Source: a virus
IMG/VR virus record: IMGVR_UViG_3300042453_002354
Location: 1 to 64,000 of that record
Length of the DNA stretch: 64,000 nucleotides
Reading direction: 5' to 3' (one strand)
Shown here: positions 8,971-18,663 of the stretch, piece by piece
Layout of the letters: the number at the start of each line of letters is the position of its first letter
Position numbering within the stretch: the first letter of the stretch is position 1
The notes under the pieces: generated by a model
What the model saw: only the letters and a program-made list of their open reading frames with translations
Database searches by the model: none
Told to the model about the DNA's origin: nothing
Made by a program: the position numbers and the translations under genes

Positions 8971-9777
8971 TTATTTGAAGATTTTAATCAAATCGTTTAT
9001 CAATGTGTTTGCTTCTGTTTTATCGATCACCCTTCTTCTACGTTTTATATCATTTTGTAATATTTCCCATTCATAAAAGCTGTATTTTGTTCTGTTTGAT
9101 TCGGAAAGATTTAACCAGGTAGCATAATCAACTTGAAATACGGCAGGAACTTTTTCAACACTAATTGAATTAGTCTTTTCATTATACACACCTACTTCCT
9201 CAAATACTTGCCAATAAGAATGTATATCGGTTAAAATATCAGCACTTTCCAATTGAGATGCTGATGAAGGAAAAGGTTGAGAAAACGCCGATTCTATCGT
9301 AAACCTTTTATTTGCCAAATCAACAGAAATAATTCTGCGGTATTCATCTCTAAATGGATGTTTTATCGTTTGGTTTATTTCTATCGGAGTAGTTTTTTGT
9401 ATCTGATAATTAACTATTGTTGAACTGACAGAGGTGTTTATCCACACGTTATTAAGTAGTCCTAATTTTTGAAATATTCTACTAGGATCTGAACTGTTAT
9501 ATTTTTGCTCAAGGTATGAATTGAATTCATTAGTATTCATTGGCCAATCGTGTATTGGATCTATCATATCATTGGCATAAAAGAATAACCATTCATTCTC
9601 AGAATCGCCATAATATTGATCGGACAAAATATCAGGTCTGGAATTTTCAGGAATTCTAACATCATTATATCCAGTAATATTTTGTTTTAGCTTTTCTTGC
9701 AAAACGGCTCTACGAAATATATCCGTAACTACTAAACCATCATATTCTATTGTCGGAAAATATTTAAAATGTTTCAT
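8971..9777 (-). CDS. 53: baseplate wedge subunit gp53
   Basis: HFKYFPTIEY, RPDILSDQYYGD..EWLFFYANDMIDPIHDWP, YEWE..QNDIKRR. Confidence 0.85.
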   Translation of the reverse strand: MKHFKYFPTIEYDGLVVTDIFRRAVLQEKLKQNITGYNDVRIPENSRPDILSDQYYGDSENEWLFFYANDMIDPIHDWPMNTNEFNSYLEQKYNSSDPSRIFQKLGLLNNVWINTSVSSTIVNYQIQKTTPIEINQTIKHPFRDEYRRIISVDLANKRFTIESAFSQPFPSSASQLESADILTDIHSYWQVFEEVGVYNEKTNSISVEKVPAVFQVDYATWLNLSESNRTKYSFYEWEILQNDIKRRRRVIDKTEANTLINDLIKIFK

Positions 9778-10823
9778 TAGTAATTCTGCCTTATATGGTC
9801 TTTTGTTAGCATGAAAATTTCTTGGAATTCTATGCTCAAGTCAACTTGAACAGGTGCACCTGTTCCTATAAAAAATGAGGCCTGACCTGGACCATATCTT
9901 GCGGTCAAGTTTGTTATAACACAAGGACCAAAGTTAAACATAAATGCATTACTTTTGCCTGTGCTATAAAATCTTAAAATCATTTCGTCAGGATATTCAA
10001 ATGTCGTTCCTAGTGCAACTCCTTCGCCTCCTACTCCTGAATGTGATGCTTCTTTTAATCGTTTTATTAAATTATGTATTGCTCCACTTTCTTCGGGAGA
10101 TCTTGCAAAAAGTTGCCATTCTATTGAAATTGTTCTAAAATCGTGCGATTGATATAATAGTGCTTTGTGTGGATTTACTATTGATCTACTACCCCTTTGT
10201 CTAACATTACCAAATACAGTGGCATCAATTGCTCTTATACCAGAGGCAATATTAGAAGCACCTTGCGAGGCGTTTGATGAAATTTGTCCAAGTCCTCCCA
10301 TTATTTCTGTAGCCGCACCTGCCATCCCACCTAGCGCATCATCTTGCCACCTTGCACTATATCTAGCTTGAATATCCGGCGGCATATAAAGTGCTATCGT
10401 ATCAGTAAGCTCAGGTCTATTAGAATTGCCTATTATATCAATTTCAATTCTCGATGAATTTTTTGTTCCATTAGAACCTTCATTATCTAATAAATCGAAA
10501 GGAAAAACAAATTTTTGTACATCACCCTTTCTCGGCAAGTTTGATGATTTGAAAATATCAAAACCTAAGCCTATTGTTAGTAGGTTTTCGCCGGCGGTAA
10601 TCATCTCTCTAAATGCAGTTAGTCCTGATTCTGTGTTGGATGCTATCCAAGTAAAGGCGGACTCTAGATTGGTGAGGTTCAGTTTATCAAATTCAGCCTG
10701 TGGTATAACAGATCTTATTTGTGAGAATACTGCATCCTGCATTGCAGATTCTGAACCATTTGCCCTAGCTCTGGCAACAAGATCCGCAATTTGTTGTTGT
10801 GTGCTTTGTGTGTTATCTGGCAT
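9777..10823 (-). CDS. 48: baseplate tail-tube cap gp48
   Basis: IALYMP, VNPHKALLY...FRT, ARSPEES, YPD, PCVITNL, PVQVDLSIEFQEI. Confidence 0.8.
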   Translation of the reverse strand: MPDNTQSTQQQIADLVARARANGSESAMQDAVFSQIRSVIPQAEFDKLNLTNLESAFTWIASNTESGLTAFREMITAGENLLTIGLGFDIFKSSNLPRKGDVQKFVFPFDLLDNEGSNGTKNSSRIEIDIIGNSNRPELTDTIALYMPPDIQARYSARWQDDALGGMAGAATEIMGGLGQISSNASQGASNIASGIRAIDATVFGNVRQRGSRSIVNPHKALLYQSHDFRTISIEWQLFARSPEESGAIHNLIKRLKEASHSGVGGEGVALGTTFEYPDEMILRFYSTGKSNAFMFNFGPCVITNLTARYGPGQASFFIGTGAPVQVDLSIEFQEIFMLTKDHIRQNY

Positions 10824-10834
10824 ATAATCTAAAT

Positions 10835-11272
10835 ATGTTTATGAAATACTATCAAGGACAATTTAATCCCAGAAATAAGCAAAAATACGTTGGTAACGTA
10901 AATGCCATATATTATAGATCCTCTCTAGAACTTAGAGTATTTATATGGTGTGATAGAAATTCTTCCATAACAAAATGGACATCGGAAGAAGTTGTCATAC
11001 CCTATAAATGTCCGATAGATAATAATATGCATAGATATTTTGTAGATTTATTGATTGAATTTAAAAATAACGAAAAAATGTTAGTGGAAATAAAACCAGA
11101 AAGATTTACAAAACCTCCAAAAAAAGGAAAAAGTGATAAAAGATATTTAAAGGAAACTATCGAATATGCAAGAAATATGGCAAAATGGGAACAAGCATCA
11201 GACTTTGCAAAGAAAAATAATATAGAGTTTGCGGTATGGACGGAAAAGACGATCAAACAACTGGGATTATAG
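10835..11272 (+). CDS. 4: head completion nuclease gp4 (TnsA-like)
   Basis: YQGQFNPRNKQKYVG, YRSSLE, WTSEEVVIPY, HRYFVD, VEIKP, NMAKW; start 10835 or 10841. Confidence 0.9.
   Translation: MFMKYYQGQFNPRNKQKYVGNVNAIYYRSSLELRVFIWCDRNSSITKWTSEEVVIPYKCPIDNNMHRYFVDLLIEFKNNEKMLVEIKPERFTKPPKKGKSDKRYLKETIEYARNMAKWEQASDFAKKNNIEFAVWTEKTIKQLGL
10938..10945 (-). promoter_or_regulatory. T4-type late promoter (inside gene 4) for the gp48-53-27 operon
   Basis: Exact TATAAATA on minus strand ~115 nt upstream of the gp48 start. Confidence 0.5.
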
Positions 11273-11838
11273 AAGATTATAGTGACATATTACAAAAACT
11301 AGAAGAAGTTTGGGATATGTATTCAAACAAAACCAAACGACACGAAACGAATAAACTGAAAGAATTAAATTGGTTTGAGGAGATGTATAATGAACCAATA
11401 AAATATGACAACGTAAAAGTTGTATTTTATGGCGAATTATATCTGTTCAATTATATGGCAGAAACTACACAAGAATATGACAGACAACCATTGGTCATAA
11501 GTATCTTTCCAAAAGATAGAGAAGGATTTCACGGCATAAATTTACATTATGTTGCACCAAGACTAAGGGCGTCCTATTTGTATAATTTCATAAAAAATGA
11601 AATGGAAAACAGAACAAGTATTAGAACTAGTCCACCTACCGTGAAAAGAATTAAAAGATGGGATATGATGAGAACATACAAACACTGCATAAAGCACTAT
11701 AAATATGAAAGAGTTCGTGGTAGTCTTAAACAATTACCAAAAGAATACTGGCCGTTTGTACCGTTTTTGCCTTTTGAAAAGTTCATAAACGTGGCAAAAA
11801 CAAAGGTATGGCTAGAAGGTTCAAAGAAACAAGAGTAA
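11236..11838 (+). CDS. 2: DNA end protector gp2
   Basis: YDRQPLV, GFHGINLHY.APRLR, CIKHY, LPFEKF, VW. Confidence 0.85.
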   Translation: MDGKDDQTTGIIEDYSDILQKLEEVWDMYSNKTKRHETNKLKELNWFEEMYNEPIKYDNVKVVFYGELYLFNYMAETTQEYDRQPLVISIFPKDREGFHGINLHYVAPRLRASYLYNFIKNEMENRTSIRTSPPTVKRIKRWDMMRTYKHCIKHYKYERVRGSLKQLPKEYWPFVPFLPFEKFINVAKTKVWLEGSKKQE

Positions 11839-11841
11839 CAA

Positions 11842-12648
11842 ATGTCATTAAGAACGCCAAGTCTAACAAATTTTTTAGGTGCAGTCGGAAAAGGTTTTCA
11901 AAGACCTTGGAGATACTATGTACTATTTGATCTTCCGTATGGACTCACGAAAGATCAGGGTTCTTTGAGAGAAGTTTCAAATTTAGTACCAGCATTAGCA
12001 TCAAAAGTTGAATTGCCAGGTAGGGAGATAGAGACAGTAGAATGGAAACATCAAGGCAAGTTGAGAAATATGGCGGTTTATGCCAAATGGCCTTCTATAC
12101 AAATTACATTCTTATGTGATGAGGAGATGAAGATTAAAAAAATGCTAGATGCGTGGCAAAATTTTGTCATAGATCCAAATAGCTATTATGTAAATTATTA
12201 CGATGAATATGGAAGACAAGGATGTACAGTCGCAAGTTTAGATTCGGCTGGCTTACCAACTTACTGCGTAAGAATAAATGAATTTTGGCCTAGAAGAGTT
12301 GATCCAATAGTATTAACTAGTGATGGTGGTCAATCTGTAGCAACTGTAGAAGCAGAATTTGTTATGAAAGATTGGCACAATTCGGATAGTATAGGATTAC
12401 AACCAAATTCTAGTGCCGCTGACGATATATTTTCAAAATTAAGAATAGATCCAAAGTCTTATATAGATTCTCTATTACAAAATGTCACAGATCCTAACGA
12501 TAGAAATAGTATTTTGAGTTTAAATGACACTCTAAATAAAAGGCTAACTTCGGACTTTAATCACTTAAAAGGTTTTGTCTTTGATCCTCTTGCGTCTCTA
12601 TATTCAGTGACACAATTAATAGCAGGAAAAAAATTGTCACAAATTTAA
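11842..12648 (+). CDS. 54: baseplate tail-tube initiator gp54 (gp19-like fold)
   Basis: RPWRY, VELPGR, ITFLCD, WQ, YYDEY; position in the 4-2-54-26-51 order. Confidence 0.7.
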   Translation: MSLRTPSLTNFLGAVGKGFQRPWRYYVLFDLPYGLTKDQGSLREVSNLVPALASKVELPGREIETVEWKHQGKLRNMAVYAKWPSIQITFLCDEEMKIKKMLDAWQNFVIDPNSYYVNYYDEYGRQGCTVASLDSAGLPTYCVRINEFWPRRVDPIVLTSDGGQSVATVEAEFVMKDWHNSDSIGLQPNSSAADDIFSKLRIDPKSYIDSLLQNVTDPNDRNSILSLNDTLNKRLTSDFNHLKGFVFDPLASLYSVTQLIAGKKLSQI

Positions 12649-12662
12649 TTAAAATTATTTGA

Positions 12663-13406
12663 ATGGAGAATACAATGTTTAAACAATTACAATTGCCAGT
12701 ACATGAAATAGAATTGCCCGTCACAAAACAAAAAGTAAGAATAAGACCGTTTACGGTGAAAGAAAACAAAATATTATTGATGGCACTAGAGACAGAAAGT
12801 GTCGATCAAATGATTATTGCCACCAAACAAATAGTATCAAATTGTATAGTGCATCCAGAATTGGATGTAGACAAGATGGCATTCTATGATTTGGAATTCA
12901 TTCTATTAAACATAAGAGCCGCATCAGTATCGGAAATTTTGACCCTAAATCTATCGCCAACAGACAGACCAGATTGTGATGAATGCAAAAAGTCAAAATC
13001 GATAGAAGTCAATTTAAACTCAGTAAAAGTTTTTATACCGGAAAATTATAATAAAAAAATAAAACTAGATTGTGGACTAACAGTTTGCATGAAAGACCCC
13101 ACATATGAAACCATCTCAAAGTTCAAAGAACTAAACTCGCCGGATGTTGAATCGGTTTTTAATTTTGTTTCCGAGTGTATAAAAACTATATCAGATGAAG
13201 AAACAATCTATGATCTAGATGCGATGGAAGTATCAAAAGAAGAAGTATTAAAATTCATAGAGTCTTTACCGATAAAAGATTTTAATAAAATAGAAAAATT
13301 CTTTGAAGATTTACCAAGACTTGAGCACGTTGTATCTTGGGAGTGTTCTTCCTGTCAAACAAAAAGAAACTATGAAATGCGAGGTATAGAATCTTTTTTA
13401 GAATAA
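12663..13406 (+). CDS. 26: baseplate hub assembly protein gp26
   Basis: LPV...RPFTVKENKILLMALE, DLEFILLNIRAASVSE, FFEDLPRL, GIESF. Confidence 0.9.
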   Translation: MENTMFKQLQLPVHEIELPVTKQKVRIRPFTVKENKILLMALETESVDQMIIATKQIVSNCIVHPELDVDKMAFYDLEFILLNIRAASVSEILTLNLSPTDRPDCDECKKSKSIEVNLNSVKVFIPENYNKKIKLDCGLTVCMKDPTYETISKFKELNSPDVESVFNFVSECIKTISDEETIYDLDAMEVSKEEVLKFIESLPIKDFNKIEKFFEDLPRLEHVVSWECSSCQTKRNYEMRGIESFLE

Positions 13407-13585
13407 TGCTGGGCCATGAATCCTTGTTTGCTCATTACCAAAACAACTTTTCTATGATCCAGCATCATAAATACTCATTAAGAGAAATCGAAGAAATGAT
13501 TCCCTTAGAAAGAGAAATCTACATTGCATTATTAAATGATTGGATAGAACAAGAAAATGAAAGAATAAAGAAAGCTATGAAATAA
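13406..13585 (+). CDS. 51: baseplate hub assembly catalyst gp51 (59 aa)
   Basis: Not in track. MLGHESLFAHYQNNFSMIQHHKYSLREIEEMIPLEREIYIALL... is typical gp51; TAATG overlap with gp26. Confidence 0.9.
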   Translation: MLGHESLFAHYQNNFSMIQHHKYSLREIEEMIPLEREIYIALLNDWIEQENERIKKAMK

Positions 13586-13591
13586 AATTCT

Positions 13592-13987
13592 ATGAAAGAT
13601 AAAGCCACTAAAACAAAAAATAAAGGTTTGGTTGCATCCGCAATAGAAAGACAAGGACTTCAACCGAATAAACCACACAACAAAGAAATAGTGGCATTAG
13701 GAGGTGCACCTAGATTCGAGGAGGATGTTGAAGATAAAAAGGACACAAAAATTAATGAAAGCTCTGTAGAAATTAGTGATACGTGGAGAAATAGAAGAAG
13801 AATGGCATATTTTTCTTTATTTTCTATTATGCTTGTAACTTATTGGGCACTTTTTGTGGTACCTGAATCCAGATTAAAAATTTTAGGTGAAGTTATAACT
13901 TGGTTTTATTTTGTTATGGCATCTGTGGTAGGTGGATACGTAGGATTCTCTGCATTTGAGAAAAAATGGAATTCAAAGAATAAGTAA
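13592..13987 (+). CDS. two-TM membrane protein (holin-like candidate)
   Basis: RRRMAY followed by two hydrophobic helices and a basic C-terminus. Confidence 0.55.
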   Translation: MKDKATKTKNKGLVASAIERQGLQPNKPHNKEIVALGGAPRFEEDVEDKKDTKINESSVEISDTWRNRRRMAYFSLFSIMLVTYWALFVVPESRLKILGEVITWFYFVMASVVGGYVGFSAFEKKWNSKNK

Positions 13988-13994
13988 GGCACAG

Positions 13995-16163
13995 ATGGAA
14001 GGTTCTTTATCACCGATAATCTACAAAGCACAAAGCCACGATGGTCCCAAAACCATAGAACTAAAAAGATCTGGCAAAAATAAATGGACTGTAGAAGGAG
14101 ATGAGAATCCCGAAACTTCCACATCAACAGTATTGCCCCATTTGATGTCAGAAAGAAATCAAGCTAAAAATAATAATTTAAAATCTCAAAAAAATCCGTA
14201 TGGTCAATTAACCTTAGCGGGTATGGGAGACGCACTAAAGTCCATTTCGCCTGCATTTGCACTAGGACTTGCATCCTTTGGACCAAATACTCAAAAATTA
14301 ATGGCATTGGCGGCCGCCGGATACGGAGTATATAAGGAGGCAAAACAAGGTTCAATCGAAAGGAGAGAAAAGTACAGAGATTGGATGACAGAAAATCAAA
14401 GTGACGTAAATCTACAAAGAATGAATCCTCCTGTATTTGCCGATGTTAGTGCAGCAGGTGCATATGCAAATCAAACTAATGAGGACATTGGAAAACAAGT
14501 TGTAAAACAATTAGAAATCTCTAACAATCTACAAAGAGAATATTTGGATTTTCTTTATGATCAAAGAGAAACTGGTACAAAACCAGAAGGTTCCGCATTT
14601 AAAGAAAAAATTAAAAATAAAGAAGATCAAACTGATAAAATTCAAGAACAAAGTCAATCATTTTTTGGTAAAATAAAAGATTTTATATTTGGAATGGGTT
14701 CAGCAACTGCGGCATTAGCTTTATTTCCAAAATCTATTAAAAAAATCATTTCAGCTATAACATCAATAGTTGGTGGTTTGGCCGGTGGAAAGGTCGCAAA
14801 ATCAATCGCAAAGGTGGCTACAAAGGCCGCTAAATCGGTAAGTAGTGTCGCAAAGGTTGCAACAAATGCTATCACAAAAGGTATAGCAAAAACTGGTGCT
14901 GGAAAAATTATATCAAAGTCTGCAAAATCTGCGTTTGAAAAAATAGCACCAAAAGTTATTGGTAAAAATGTTGGTAAATCTGCATTGAAAAAAATACCAA
15001 TAGCGGGCGCCATAGCCGGCGGACTGTTTGCAATACAAAGAGCCTTTGAGGGCGACTGGACTGGAGCCGGAATGGAAATAGCATCCGGTGCGGCCAGCAC
15101 CATACCTGGTCTTGGAACCGCAGCATCTGTAGGAATAGATCTTGCATTGGCCGCAAGGGATTTATCACAAGAAGACGATGGTATTAGTGTGTCATCCGAA
15201 TCTGCTACGAACGTAATGCCTGCACCACAACCGGCCCCCGTACCAAGATCTAATGTAATGAATCGTCGTAGTAGTATCAGAACATCAGGCGGTGTTGCCG
15301 GTATGATACCTCCTGCACCGATACCGGCACCAAAGACAAAAGGCAAACTTGAGCCTGAGATGCAAGCAATGCTAACTAGTGTTGCCGAAAAACACGGAAT
15401 AGATCCTGCGGCCTTTATTGCAATGGCAGGACACGAATCTGGATTTAATCCTAGTGCAGTCAGTCCAACTGGTGCTATGGGACTGTTTCAATTTACAAAA
15501 GGAACTGGAAGACAGTATGCGGAGAAATTAGGATTCAGTGGTGATTTAAATCAAATAAGAATGGACCCTATGAAAAATGCGGAAATGGCGGCCGCATTAT
15601 ATAAAGATAATTTGAAATCTATGCAAGCTGTAATGAAGGAAAGCGGATTTACAGACGAAGCAACGGCCGCATATCTTGCACATAACTTAGGTGCAGGAGG
15701 AGCTAAGTCATTATTGAGACAATATGGAGCAAATCCGAATGCGCCTCTGCAATTGACTAGAGATATGGCCTTAAATCCTGCTAATTTTAGAGGAGTAGCA
15801 ACACCTGCACAGGCACTTCAAAGATTATCTAACGTTGCAGGCAGTTCTTCCGCCGAGGCTTATAGACAAAAATATCAAATTGGTCAAATGAGTGTGTCAC
15901 CATCTGTTCAAAATATGTCCGTTGAACCATCGGTACCCTCTATGTCACGGGCACTTGCGAGCAATTCTGCACAGAATGCAGGATTACAAACCTCCATGAA
16001 TGCAAGAACCGCACAATCGTCGCCAGTTATTATGAATAATATGTCGAGTGTAGGAGGAAATGGTGGTGCTTCGACACCACCAAGAGGTAATATTAAACCA
16101 AGACCAGAAGAGCCATATTTTTATGAATTGCAGAAAAAGGCATTATTAAGTTCCGTTTCCTAA
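13995..16163 (+). CDS. tape-measure/gp29-like protein with lytic transglycosylase (SLT) domain
   Basis: A/G/K-rich helical region; HESGFNPSAVSPTGAMGLFQF and AHNLG SLT motifs; follows gp26-gp51; likely start 13995. Confidence 0.75.
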   Translation: MEGSLSPIIYKAQSHDGPKTIELKRSGKNKWTVEGDENPETSTSTVLPHLMSERNQAKNNNLKSQKNPYGQLTLAGMGDALKSISPAFALGLASFGPNTQKLMALAAAGYGVYKEAKQGSIERREKYRDWMTENQSDVNLQRMNPPVFADVSAAGAYANQTNEDIGKQVVKQLEISNNLQREYLDFLYDQRETGTKPEGSAFKEKIKNKEDQTDKIQEQSQSFFGKIKDFIFGMGSATAALALFPKSIKKIISAITSIVGGLAGGKVAKSIAKVATKAAKSVSSVAKVATNAITKGIAKTGAGKIISKSAKSAFEKIAPKVIGKNVGKSALKKIPIAGAIAGGLFAIQRAFEGDWTGAGMEIASGAASTIPGLGTAASVGIDLALAARDLSQEDDGISVSSESATNVMPAPQPAPVPRSNVMNRRSSIRTSGGVAGMIPPAPIPAPKTKGKLEPEMQAMLTSVAEKHGIDPAAFIAMAGHESGFNPSAVSPTGAMGLFQFTKGTGRQYAEKLGFSGDLNQIRMDPMKNAEMAAALYKDNLKSMQAVMKESGFTDEATAAYLAHNLGAGGAKSLLRQYGANPNAPLQLTRDMALNPANFRGVATPAQALQRLSNVAGSSSAEAYRQKYQIGQMSVSPSVQNMSVEPSVPSMSRALASNSAQNAGLQTSMNARTAQSSPVIMNNMSSVGGNGGASTPPRGNIKPRPEEPYFYELQKKALLSSVS

Positions 16164-16585
16164 AAGGTGGAATCAATATCTCTGACACAACTCATTGTTT
16201 TTGATATGTTATTGAAGTTTCCTGATATGTGTAGTTTGTACATATACATACCATCAATCTTTTTTAGAAATTCAACACTACAGTATACTCGTGAATTGCA
16301 ACATACAGACAAAGAACTATTCGTTCTTCTAATTCCCTTCTCGCTAGATTCATATTTGCCCCATACCCTGTGCGATGTATAGTTTTGTTTGAATTCTGGA
16401 TTACCAAACTCAAACAACTTTTGATCGTTTGGTTCAGTCTTTTTAGGTGACGAGAAGATTACAAGGACCAGAACAGTTAAGGCAATTGAAACAAAGACAG
16501 GAAACGAAAATACAAAGTACCAAAACAAACGATCTTTTTTCATTTTTTTCTCCATCATATTAATGTGGGTGGTAACACCACCCAC
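16160..16585 (-). CDS. hypothetical membrane-anchored protein
   Basis: N-terminal TM helix; true start probably at the MMEKK or MKKD codons. Confidence 0.6.
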   Translation of the reverse strand: MGGVTTHINMMEKKMKKDRLFWYFVFSFPVFVSIALTVLVLVIFSSPKKTEPNDQKLFEFGNPEFKQNYTSHRVWGKYESSEKGIRRTNSSLSVCCNSRVYCSVEFLKKIDGMYMYKLHISGNFNNISKTMSCVRDIDSTF

Positions 16586-16586
16586 A
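16564..16586 (-). terminator. stem-loop after gene 32
   Basis: Perfect 10-bp inverted repeat TGTGGGTGGT-aac-ACCACCCACA; weak U tract. Confidence 0.55.
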
Positions 16587-16597
16587 CATCAGTATAG

Positions 16598-17530
16598 TTA
16601 AACGCCGTCAACTTTACTCATCAATTGATTCAGAAATTCAAATTCATCACTTTCATCAGTCGTGGAAGCAAATGGACTTGGCGAATCATCCTCATCTTCT
16701 TCAGTAAATGCAGGCGCTACGGGTTTATTTGGTATGACAGCATTTTCCGGTGCTCTCTTACCATCAGAACCAGTCACTCTCAAGAATCTTGCTTCAAGTT
16801 CCTCATAGGTCTTGAATTGATCTGGAGCAACGATAGCTTGTAAACTATGACATCTAGACCATAATTCATCATAGTCTGAATCTGAACCATTGTCAATAAC
16901 TTCCGAAGGTTCATCCCATTCACAAGTATCAAAATTAGCATAACCAGAAACCTTTCTTATGTCAAGAACAAAGTTTCTACCAGTCCAAAAGTCAAATGGA
17001 TCTGTTGGCTTTTTTGGTTTTAGTCCAGTTTGCGGCGGTAAGATTAGTGAGCTAACCTTCTCGAATATCTTAATTCCGTACTTGAAGAGAAACACCTGTC
17101 CATTGTTCTCAGGTTTCGCAGGGTCGTTGATTACGAGAACATTAGATACATAGTGTAGTCTTCGCTTACGTTCTCTTACAGTTCGTCGTTCTGGCGAATT
17201 GTCATCAGAAGTGGCATTCCACAACTTTCCATTAGATTCAGCTACAGGATCTTTCCCACCCAAGGTAGTTAAAGATCTTTCGATATACCAGCCGCCTGGA
17301 CCTTTAAATGCGTGATCCCAATACTTAACGAATGGAGCATTTTCACCCTTTGGTGCTGGCAGAAATCGAATAATCGCTGAACCATTTCCAGCCTTATCTA
17401 GTGTTGCCTTCCAATACTTATTATCTTCAGTTGAATTATCTTTGCCCTTAGAAAGATCTTCTAATTGCTTCTGCAAAGATTCTAAATTAGATTTATGACT
17501 TGATCTAAGATCAGATATTGATTTTGCCAT
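16598..17530 (-). CDS. 32: single-stranded DNA-binding protein gp32
   Basis: DKAGNGSAIIRFLP, HAFKGPGGWYIE.SLTTLG..DPV, FKYGIKIF, acidic tail; start MAKS at 17530 (GAGGA SD). Confidence 0.97.
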   Translation of the reverse strand: MAKSISDLRSSHKSNLESLQKQLEDLSKGKDNSTEDNKYWKATLDKAGNGSAIIRFLPAPKGENAPFVKYWDHAFKGPGGWYIERSLTTLGGKDPVAESNGKLWNATSDDNSPERRTVRERKRRLHYVSNVLVINDPAKPENNGQVFLFKYGIKIFEKVSSLILPPQTGLKPKKPTDPFDFWTGRNFVLDIRKVSGYANFDTCEWDEPSEVIDNGSDSDYDELWSRCHSLQAIVAPDQFKTYEELEARFLRVTGSDGKRAPENAVIPNKPVAPAFTEEDEDDSPSPFASTTDESDEFEFLNQLMSKVDGV

Positions 17531-17534
17531 TTTA

Positions 17535-18146
17535 TTATCCTCTTTTATTATTATTAAACTTATCCACAGAACACATATTAATGATGACATCTTTATACAT
17601 TGATTGCTTTTTGATGTCAACAAATTTTTCGTACTTTGTCCAGATTTTTAAAGATTCACACAAAACTATATCATCGTAGTATTTTGACCAAATTTGAAAA
17701 ATATTCAAAAGTTTGTGTAGAATTATTAAAGTTTCTAATTTAATCTCACCCTTTCTGGTCATTCTATAAACCACAGGCAATTCTTCCGACTTTGGCGATA
17801 ACATACTGTTGAAATCACCAGCCTGTATTATATTATGCATATCATTCTTAAAGTTGTATGACAATGCAGACAGATCTTTTATCTTATTGTGATAATTTTC
17901 TTCACTACCACTTTCAAGTAAATTGTTTAACCATATGTTTGGATTTTTTATTAGATTTGATATGCATAACCATTTGTATGATTCTATGTCGTATCTTTTC
18001 ATTAATGCAAAACAGGTCAATTCATTATTTTTCATGTAAGTCTTAGAGACTTTACAATTGCCAGAATATTTAAAATAATCGTACTTCGTGGTGAAATGTT
18101 TCTGTAAAGCTCTAAACATTACATAATAATTTTCAACTTTGCTCAT
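17535..18146 (-). CDS. 59: helicase loader gp59
   Basis: ALQKHFT.KYDYFKY, IKLETLIIL; upstream of gene 32. Confidence 0.85.
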   Translation of the reverse strand: MSKVENYYVMFRALQKHFTTKYDYFKYSGNCKVSKTYMKNNELTCFALMKRYDIESYKWLCISNLIKNPNIWLNNLLESGSEENYHNKIKDLSALSYNFKNDMHNIIQAGDFNSMLSPKSEELPVVYRMTRKGEIKLETLIILHKLLNIFQIWSKYYDDIVLCESLKIWTKYEKFVDIKKQSMYKDVIINMCSVDKFNNNKRG

Positions 18147-18421
18147 CAGAATAATTTTTTTGAACTTTTTTTGGTTTTGGTTCTAATTAGATTTAATTGA
18201 ATGGCTTCTTGTTTTAGCGAGAAGCTAATATTTGGAGTGATTAGTTTTTTGATCACAGCATGATCAACATCATATTCATTCGTAAATTCCATAATAGATT
18301 CAAGGTATGACAATCCCGTTTGAACCTTAGCTTCAATCATCATTGAAAACTTTTCTGGCGTTAATATTTTAACTTGATTTGTGGCTGTATCTAAACACTC
18401 CATTTGCTTTTTTCTCGCCAT
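18146..18421 (-). CDS. 33: late transcription co-activator gp33
   Basis: FSMMIE...YLESIMEF...LKQEAIQLNLI; 33-59-32 synteny. Confidence 0.85.
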   Translation of the reverse strand: MARKKQMECLDTATNQVKILTPEKFSMMIEAKVQTGLSYLESIMEFTNEYDVDHAVIKKLITPNISFSLKQEAIQLNLIRTKTKKSSKKLF

Positions 18422-18446
18422 CAGAATTTGTCCATAGTCAAATATT

Positions 18447-18475
18447 ATACTAAACCGTATCGAGAAAAAAGTCAA
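18447..18475 (-). promoter_or_regulatory. sigma70-like promoter for 33-59-32
   Basis: TTGACT-17 nt-TAGTAT. Confidence 0.6.
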
Positions 18476-18502
18476 ATAAAATGTTGATTATTTTTTAATA
18501 TG

Positions 18503-18661
18503 TTACTTTTTGAACATATTTTTTGCTACCGTCTTATAATGCTCTTTGATCTTTGCTACGATCTTTTCAGCCATGACCTTCTTGAAAGATTCTTCGGCTT
18601 TTACGGCATCATTATTTTTGACGGACTTTAATAATTCTTTTAGGGCATCTTTACTCGACAT
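18503..18661 (-). CDS. prohead core protein gp67-like (52 aa)
   Basis: Not in track. MSSKDALKELLKSVKNNDAVKAEESFKKVMAEKIVAKIKEHYKTVAKNMF resembles the T4 gp67 N-terminal pattern (LIEAIKSNDLVAA..F..AM..........IARNF); AGGAAG SD. Confidence 0.65.
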   Translation of the reverse strand: MSSKDALKELLKSVKNNDAVKAEESFKKVMAEKIVAKIKEHYKTVAKNMFKK

Positions 18662-18663
18662 GT

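Noticed and set aside
14654-15346. 230-aa minus-strand ORF inside the tape-measure-like gene
   Set aside because: Antisense shadow of Ala/Gly-rich codons.
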